DNA of 62,941 nucleotides from a virus (taxonomy: Duplodnaviria > Caudoviricetes): IMG/VR virus record IMGVR_UViG_3300014638_000002, positions 1 through 62,941 of that record; one strand, 5' to 3'. Shown here in pieces: positions 57,247 to 62,941 of the stretch. Position 1 is the stretch's first letter, and every line of letters starts with the position of its first letter. The notes below the pieces were generated by a model. The model was given only the letters and a program-made list of their open reading frames with translations. It had not been told where the DNA came from and searched no databases. The translations under genes were made by a program, and so were the position numbers.

Positions 57247-57278
57247 ATTATGGTACTCAAAACTTAACTGTATGTCAA
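57247..57278 (-). promoter_or_regulatory. CtrA-box-like promoter
   Basis: TTGA-catacag-TTAA-N11-CATAAT. Confidence 0.6.
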
Positions 57279-57613
57279 CTCTTCTCGCCTGGCGCTGGCG
57301 GCTGTTGGCAATCGATCGTCACTTGGGTGTCGGGGCCAAAATTATCTTGGGCCGATTTAATGAGATTGACTGTCGCATGGGCAAACTCTTCAGTCGGTTT
57401 CCAAGCGATGCAAGCCTCTTTGGTGTCGAATTCGCCGGCTGGACGATAAGCAAATTGCGCGTATTTGCGCCCATGAGCGTCGGAGACTGTTGCCGTGATG
57501 TAGAACTTGGTCACGTCGACCGGCGGATATTTACTGCCCTCTTGCGGGTACGCGAATGCCGTCCAAAAAGCTACCACAGCCAGCACCAGCATTCCAATGG
57601 TATACGTCTTCAT
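57275..57613 (-). CDS. putative exported protein
   Basis: AGGAGG RBS, signal peptide ending AFA, two Cys. Confidence 0.65.
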   Translation of the reverse strand: MKTYTIGMLVLAVVAFWTAFAYPQEGSKYPPVDVTKFYITATVSDAHGRKYAQFAYRPAGEFDTKEACIAWKPTEEFAHATVNLIKSAQDNFGPDTQVTIDCQQPPAPGEKS

Positions 57614-57649
57614 TGGTCGTCCTCCTGGTAAAACGGTTTCATCGGCATG

Positions 57650-57868
57650 TCAGCGCGGTGATCCATCAGGGTGCCGAGTGAGAGCGACGATGACCCACAT
57701 GGCCGTCTCGCGCACGCGGCGCAGGATATAGGTCTTGTCCGGACCATCGTCCAGTGCCTGGTCGAGGACATTGGCATAGTGCTTTGTTTCCTCGCGCAAA
57801 GCGTTCATCACTTCGATTTGTCCTTCGCGCGGCTTCAGGTAGTCAAACGTGGAAGGGTGCAAACTCAT
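57650..57868 (-). CDS. Acb2/Tad1-like helical hairpin protein
   Basis: F.Y..P.EGQ......R...K.YA..L......G.DK......RE.AMW...A..R; TAATG-coupled start. Confidence 0.6.
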   Translation of the reverse strand: MSLHPSTFDYLKPREGQIEVMNALREETKHYANVLDQALDDGPDKTYILRRVRETAMWVIVALTRHPDGSPR

Positions 57869-58131
57869 TACAGATCCCCCTTGATCTCGTCGATCAGTTT
57901 CTCGATGACGTTTAGAACTTGGTGGGCATCGCCGATACCTGTGGCAATTGGCGATACCATGTTGATTGTAGCCGGGGACGCAGGAGATGGAGGCGGTGGT
58001 GAGGACCCATGGACCTTCGTCAAGATATCTTGTAGCGATCCGCGGATATTTTGCAATCGAGAGACGACAGCATCGATACGAACACGAAGATTTTGCTGGG
58101 TAGATGTGGGGCCTTGAGCATTCTCTGACAT
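57868..58131 (-). CDS. hypothetical protein
   Basis: AGGAG RBS; helix, Pro linker, helix. Confidence 0.6.
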   Translation of the reverse strand: MSENAQGPTSTQQNLRVRIDAVVSRLQNIRGSLQDILTKVHGSSPPPPSPASPATINMVSPIATGIGDAHQVLNVIEKLIDEIKGDL

Positions 58132-58154
58132 GGGGATCTCCTATAGGGATACCG

Positions 58155-58424
58155 TTATACCGCCTTACTGTGTTTGTCAAGTGCTCGAATACGGATGCCG
58201 CGGCGCCGGCGCTGCTGTCCAGTTTCGCGATTGGCGCGTTCGACGCGCTGCAGAATATAAAACCGACTGGGGCGCGGGCCGGGCTTATACTGTTTACCTG
58301 TTTTGCGCTCTACAATTTGATGGGTGTACCGATGAACCAAACCACAATCGCAGCACGCGATATAGAGCACCTTGCCGACTGAATAGATATCGCCATTCGT
58401 TGATTGGACATAAGAGGAGCGCAT
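58155..58424 (-). CDS. hypothetical Zn-binding protein
   Basis: IACCDCGLVH...R..R.T...RRR. Confidence 0.6.
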   Translation of the reverse strand: MRSSYVQSTNGDIYSVGKVLYIACCDCGLVHRYTHQIVERKTGKQYKPGPRPSRFYILQRVERANRETGQQRRRRGIRIRALDKHSKAV

Positions 58425-58789
58425 GGTTTTACCGTTACACCTATGTTCGAGAGAAGTCAAGCGCCGGCTACTCGATTTTTACATCGTGGTTTAGCCGGCG
58501 CCCGGTTCCTGACCTGTACCTAGGACTCGGCCCCTGAACCTCGATCGCTGCTTACCGAAGCGCTTGCTAGCCGTGACAGGAAGCTATACCTTCTCGCGAG
58601 GATCGTCAAGTCGCAATCGCGCAATTGCAGTGGCGTCGGCTGGCGTCATCAGGCGCCAGCCCTGTTTACCATCCGACCAGGCCGCGGCCCACACCCATGC
58701 CGGCATGTCCGGATCGCGCCAGTCGAGCCGATCGTCGGGCCGGAACCGCTCGCGCCGACGTCGGGCCCAGGGCGCGGTCATGGCGCGCA

Positions 58790-58969
58790 CTATTTGTTAA
58801 CATCTTCCCGCACGATGCAGGAGCCACCGCCCGTGTTAATAATCGTGCCGGTCGGGTAACCAAGTTGGCCGGCTCCCCGGATCATGGTTACCGCGGCAGG
58901 ATTGATCCAGCAGGCATGTCCGTCGATCGCGTGGAACATGATTAACGTGAGTAGGAGGATCAAGGTCAT
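58790..58969 (-). CDS. 59-aa protein (absent from ORF track)
   Basis: MTLILLLTLIMFHAIDGHACWINPAAVTMIRG...SCIVREDVNK; ATGA-coupled. Confidence 0.45.
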   Translation of the reverse strand: MTLILLLTLIMFHAIDGHACWINPAAVTMIRGAGQLGYPTGTIINTGGGSCIVREDVNK

Positions 58970-59208
58970 GCAGGTGCCGGAATAGGTGATACGCCAAATG
59001 AGGCGATCGTTTTTCCAGCATCATTCATTAAGTAAGCGTTTCCTTCAAGTATGAACTCTTCACAATCATAATTATCAAAATGGACAAGGACAGTCGCGGC
59101 ATCTTTTTTCCGTGCGAACCGCACACTCTTAACATCGCCATGGGCAGTGAATATTTTTCGGCTGTCCTCGTCCGGCGCGTTTTCGGGACCCATCAATTTG
59201 AGGTACAT
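58966..59208 (-). CDS. hypothetical protein
   Basis: AAGGAG RBS; AYLMND.GKTI motif. Confidence 0.65.
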   Translation of the reverse strand: MYLKLMGPENAPDEDSRKIFTAHGDVKSVRFARKKDAATVLVHFDNYDCEEFILEGNAYLMNDAGKTIASFGVSPIPAPA

Positions 59209-59232
59209 GGTCGTTCTCCTTCTTGTATGAAT

Positions 59233-59264
59233 AGTTTCACCGTCATACCTTAAGCAAAGGTTAA
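59233..59264 (-). promoter_or_regulatory. perfect CtrA box
   Basis: TTAA-cctttgc-TTAA-N11-GAAACT upstream of the accessory block. Confidence 0.6.
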
Positions 59265-59269
59265 TGAGT

Positions 59270-59890
59270 GATTTTTTAGGCTCGGTCTGGACGACTGCCC
59301 CTTTATCTTATAGACAGGGGCCGGCCTGTCCAGCATGGGTGGGGGGTCAAACCCTCAAACCGTGGCACCCATACCAGCGTCACATTGCCGCAGTATTTAT
59401 TCACGGTTTAAATATGGCAAGACTATGACCTAGATCAATGATCGGTAATGATCCAAAAACGGCGCACATTAGATTGTGCGGCGCGCGCAATAGGTTACAT
59501 GGTTAAACCTTGATAAATATGATTGGATCATTAAAAATGCGAATGATATTCATAGGTTACACCGTGAAACCGGCCTAATGATCCAATGATCCGACGATTT
59601 TGACAGAGAGAGGTCCTTTTGAACACTAGGGTCGTGTATAATGTATAATTTGTGACAGTTATATGACAGGTATCACGGTATGACGCAATCGCGTGTATAA
59701 TCGTGTATATTATAATGTATTGATATCATTATAGAATATGCTAATATACACTCATACCCAATATACATATATATTTTCTTTAGAAAGATAGATATATATA
59801 AGTACTGGATCATTAGGATCAATTAACAAATTGTAACCGTTCAACCGTTGCGCCGGCGCTAGACATGCCGACGAAATCATGCTAAGGAAA
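59270..59890. other. AT-rich non-coding region with AATGATCC repeats (candidate origin or packaging/terminus region)
   Basis: About 620 bp with no ORF at a strand switch; 7 exact or near copies in both orientations; (TA)-rich core. Confidence 0.55.
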
Positions 59891-59894
59891 CGCC

Positions 59895-60311
59895 ATGCCA
59901 CGCCAACACCGTTTCATTCTCTATCGGCATTTCGACGCGGACGACAACTTGCTTTATGTCGGCAAATCCTGCCGCTTGCGCGATCGTATAGGCGAACACG
60001 CAAGCCAGGCGCACTGGTTTGACGATATCAAGTGGATACAACTCGAGCATTTCCCTGATAAGCAATCGCTTCATATCGCCGAGCTAATGGCAATCGGCAC
60101 GGAAAAGCCATGTTATAATATCCAATGTAATGATGATCGCTCGCAATCGCCTTTTGGCCCGGCGCCCACGACCATAATGGCACGGAAACGCCGCAAGCGG
60201 CAAGTGCTTGCCCTTTACACCGGAGAGCCCGTTAAACTCGGCCGGCCACGCAAAGACGAACCTGATCTAGACGCGCAAATTGCCGCGGTCTTAGCGAATT
60301 GTAAATCATAA
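59895..60311 (+). CDS. GIY-YIG-like nuclease domain protein
   Basis: LYR.FD....LLYVGKS.....R..EH....W...E..AI..EKP.YN; GRPRK tail. Confidence 0.75.
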   Translation: MPRQHRFILYRHFDADDNLLYVGKSCRLRDRIGEHASQAHWFDDIKWIQLEHFPDKQSLHIAELMAIGTEKPCYNIQCNDDRSQSPFGPAPTTIMARKRRKRQVLALYTGEPVKLGRPRKDEPDLDAQIAAVLANCKS

Positions 60312-60324
60312 TCAAGTTTTTCAC

Positions 60325-60353
60325 TTGACGCATAAACCTATGGCGCCCATTGT
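60325..60353 (+). promoter_or_regulatory. sigma70-like early promoter
   Basis: TTGACG-N17-CATTGT. Confidence 0.55.
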
Positions 60354-60397
60354 TCTAGGCGCAAGGCGCAATACCGCGCCGCATAGGAGTGTTACAA

Positions 60398-61384
60398 ATG
60401 GCACACGAACTCTCTACCGTTTCCACTGGAAGCGGCGCGGCTATCGTCTGCATTGGCGACGCTTGGCACGGGCTTCAAAACCCGTTCACGGGCAACGTTG
60501 ACAAAGACCTGGCACAAGCCGGGCTTAATTTCGACGTCGTAAAGCTTCGGCTATTCGCCGAAAAACCCGGTACCGATACAATCGACGGTATGATGTATGT
60601 CCCGGGACGTTGGTCCAATGCCAGATCAGACACGTTTGCCAGTCTTGGCATATCGGCCGACGGCTACAAGGTGCACCAGCCTTCGGACCTGCACAAGATG
60701 GTTACAGGCTATTTCGCCGATCAGGACGGCTGGCAGTTATCATCTATGGGCAGTCTCAAAGGCGGCCGCGAAATATGGTTCGCCGCGCGGTATAAAGACC
60801 ATATCGTCGGCGGAATGAACCATCACCGCTATGCGCTGTTGTCGACGTCATTCGACACAACACAAGCCTCAAGGTTACAGCCGACCGACGTCAACGTGGT
60901 CTGCAATAACACCTTGCGCGCGGCGTGGTCCGGCGCCGATTGCGTGGTCAAGTGGAACCATAGCAAGACTTGGGACGCAAAGGCAGTCGCCGGCGAGTTG
61001 TCCCGCGTCCTCGCGGGTTCCGAGCGTTACAAGGTGATAGGTGACGCATTGGCGACTGTCGCGGTAACGGATGAATTCAATAAGACGTTTTTCAAAACGC
61101 TTGTTGGCATTGATCCGAAGGAAACGGATAAAGACAAAATCGCCACGCGAACCATGAACAACTATGCGGCTTTGTGGGCCGCATATAAAACATCAATGGT
61201 TGAACGTAACGGCGATCAATCGGCGTTCACGGCGCTTAATGCCGTGACACGGTATGTCGACCACACAAAGACCGTGCAAGGCGGTGACCGTATGTCCTCT
61301 GCTACATTCGGTGCCGGTGACCGTTTCAAGGGACAAGCGCTTTCCTTGCTCATGCCGCTGATCCAGGACAAGGTCGCGGCGTAA
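60398..61384 (+). CDS. DUF932 family protein
   Basis: MAHEL..AWHGL..AGL.F, GSL.GGR.IW, T.V.VVCNNTL, NAVT.Y.DH. Confidence 0.85.
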   Translation: MAHELSTVSTGSGAAIVCIGDAWHGLQNPFTGNVDKDLAQAGLNFDVVKLRLFAEKPGTDTIDGMMYVPGRWSNARSDTFASLGISADGYKVHQPSDLHKMVTGYFADQDGWQLSSMGSLKGGREIWFAARYKDHIVGGMNHHRYALLSTSFDTTQASRLQPTDVNVVCNNTLRAAWSGADCVVKWNHSKTWDAKAVAGELSRVLAGSERYKVIGDALATVAVTDEFNKTFFKTLVGIDPKETDKDKIATRTMNNYAALWAAYKTSMVERNGDQSAFTALNAVTRYVDHTKTVQGGDRMSSATFGAGDRFKGQALSLLMPLIQDKVAA

Positions 61385-61458
61385 TGGCGAAACACGGCGC
61401 TAAGGCGCGCCGTGTCTACTGGTCGAACCAGTACTGAAGAGCCATAGGAGTTTATGCA

Positions 61459-61752
61459 ATGCGTACGAAACCCCGCACAATCGCAATGGACGATATCCCC
61501 TTTGCGCCGTTGCTCGCCGATACGGTCCCGCCGGTTGAGCCGCCCGGGGCGCCCTTGCCAGTGAAGCGGCCACAGTCTTGCCGTGTCGTGGCATGGCGCC
61601 ACGATGGTGGATTAGACAATACCACGTTCGGCACGATCGAAAGCGCCACCGCGTTCGCCAAGGCCTTACACTGGGCGATTTATTGGAAGTACGCTATCCA
61701 GTGCCAGCGCGATATGGTCACGCGCGCACTGATCGAAGCGCCACAAGGCTAA
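61459..61752 (+). CDS. hypothetical early protein
   Basis: AGGAG RBS; followed by a hairpin at 61763-61790. Confidence 0.5.
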   Translation: MRTKPRTIAMDDIPFAPLLADTVPPVEPPGAPLPVKRPQSCRVVAWRHDGGLDNTTFGTIESATAFAKALHWAIYWKYAIQCQRDMVTRALIEAPQG

Positions 61753-61815
61753 GGTTGCAGTTTAGTGCGGGGCTCACAAACCCCGCACTAGCCGGCAATC
61801 CCGCCGATAGGAGCA

Positions 61816-62034
61816 ATGACAATGTTTACCGTAACAATGGGCGCAAGTTTGCCGAGTAAGCTTGATCCCGCAAGTCGCATGAAACATGTTTGTTCATGTG
61901 GCGCAACATTCGCTTGGCGCGGTCCTCTTGTCGCGCATATCATGGGCAACGATGCAAGCCATCGCATCAATACGCATGTCAACCGCAGCGTGCTAGAAAC
62001 GCTGTATGGCAAGCGTTGGAATTGGAGCAAGTGA
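61816..62034 (+). CDS. hypothetical C2H2-like Zn finger protein
   Basis: AGGAG RBS; HVCSCGATF.....L.AH....H. Confidence 0.55.
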   Translation: MTMFTVTMGASLPSKLDPASRMKHVCSCGATFAWRGPLVAHIMGNDASHRINTHVNRSVLETLYGKRWNWSK

Positions 62035-62293
62035 CATGACACGCCTCGGCAGATTATCAACGTGGCTGGCACGGCATAGGCGCCTAGCGTATGTGCTAGC
62101 GCGTGTCGGCTTGCTTGTGCCTATCGCAGTCTTAGTGGAGTAGAAACCATGACGCGAATATCTGAGAACGATCGCGCTTTTAGGCTTGTAGCCACGGCGC
62201 GCGCCGTGCTAGCATCCCCTGAGAATGTAACGTGCTTGCCTTGGGTCGAGATTGCCAAGGCTGCATTGCTGGAACACGCGAAGGAACAAACCC

Positions 62294-62605
62294 ATGTTGC
62301 AGCTAATAGTCAAGGGTAACGCTAGTGAGGCGCGTGCAGCGTGTGCCTACAATGGTATCACGGTATCATCCTTGCACGAACATGATCGCTTTAACGAAAC
62401 GTTCGTTAGCGTGGATGACAAATTTGAGCATGACGCGCAAACGTGGTTTGTCGCGGCATGTCGGGACGATGACCGCAAACCGTATCCCGTGGGGACGCTG
62501 CTATGGTATGGTGACGTTGGTCCGGATAATAGGCGCCACGGTCGCCATGGGCACTATGGCATGGTCGATCGCAATTGTGATCAGTGCATAGAAAACGGAA
62601 CATAA
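62294..62605 (+). CDS. hypothetical early protein
   Basis: AAGGA RBS before MLQLIVKG; PYPVGTLLWY. Confidence 0.5.
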   Translation: MLQLIVKGNASEARAACAYNGITVSSLHEHDRFNETFVSVDDKFEHDAQTWFVAACRDDDRKPYPVGTLLWYGDVGPDNRRHGRHGHYGMVDRNCDQCIENGT

Positions 62606-62630
62606 GCGCGTATCAAAGGGAGTAAGTGAT

Positions 62631-62941
62631 ATGATACAAATTTTACATCGCGATACACAAGCGATTTTATGGGAAGATAAATCGCGCACCGATCTTTCGG
62701 ACGCCAATCTTTCGCGCGCCTATCTTTCGGACGCCAATCTTTCGGGCGCCAATCTTTCGGGCGCCAATCTTTCGCGCGCCAATCTTTCGCGCGCCAATCT
62801 TTCGGGCGTCGATCTTTCGGACGCCAATCTTTCGCGCGCCTATCTTTCGGGCGTCGATCTTTCGGACGCCAATCTTTCGCGCGCCTATCTTTCGGACGCC
62901 AATCTTTCGCGCGCCAATCTTTCGCGCGCCAATCTTTCGCG
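62631..62941 (+). CDS. pentapeptide-repeat protein (3'-truncated)
   Basis: MIQILHR... then (A-N/Y/D-L-S-R/D/G)n encoded by 15-bp tandem repeats running off the window end. Confidence 0.85.
   Translation, partial: MIQILHRDTQAILWEDKSRTDLSDANLSRAYLSDANLSGANLSGANLSRANLSRANLSGVDLSDANLSRAYLSGVDLSDANLSRAYLSDANLSRANLSRANLS

Noticed and set aside
62679-62941. Possible CRISPR array
   Set aside because: Contiguous 15-bp units with no spacers; they encode pentapeptide repeats

Overview
Near-complete, permuted genome (about 63 kb) of a podovirus-like dsDNA phage. It has a portal, scaffold, P22/HK97-type coat, adaptors, a tail-tubular protein and three large ejection-type proteins, with no tape measure, tail tube or integrase seen. 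The host is probably an alphaproteobacterium, inferred from CtrA-like boxes and a CtrA-like gene. Layout: a + strand replication block (1-11.7 kb: PolA, PD-(D/E)XK exonuclease, VRR-NUC, SNF2 helicase, primase-helicase); a long - strand late block (11.6-51 kb: morphogenesis and lysis); divergent terminase genes (51-53.8 kb); a - strand accessory block (53.8-59.2 kb); an AT-rich repeat region (59.2-59.9 kb); and early genes ending in a truncated pentapeptide-repeat gene. Main candidate new system: a 12-kb island between portal and scaffold encoding three paralogous Gly-Pro-Thr collagen-like proteins with a sulfotransferase, an NDP-sugar C-methyltransferase, two SDR sugar enzymes and about six glycosyltransferase-like proteins, i.e. 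a putative virion glyco-collagen coat. Also notable: (1) 13 identically spaced CtrA-box/-10 promoters plus a receiver-less CtrA-like gene; (2) a PolA with a non-canonical dNTP pocket; (3) a shared xxGG motif across internal virion proteins; (4) an in-frame amber codon in the tail-tubular gene; (5) an Acb2/Tad1-like protein. All family calls come from motif recognition by eye; no database search was run.
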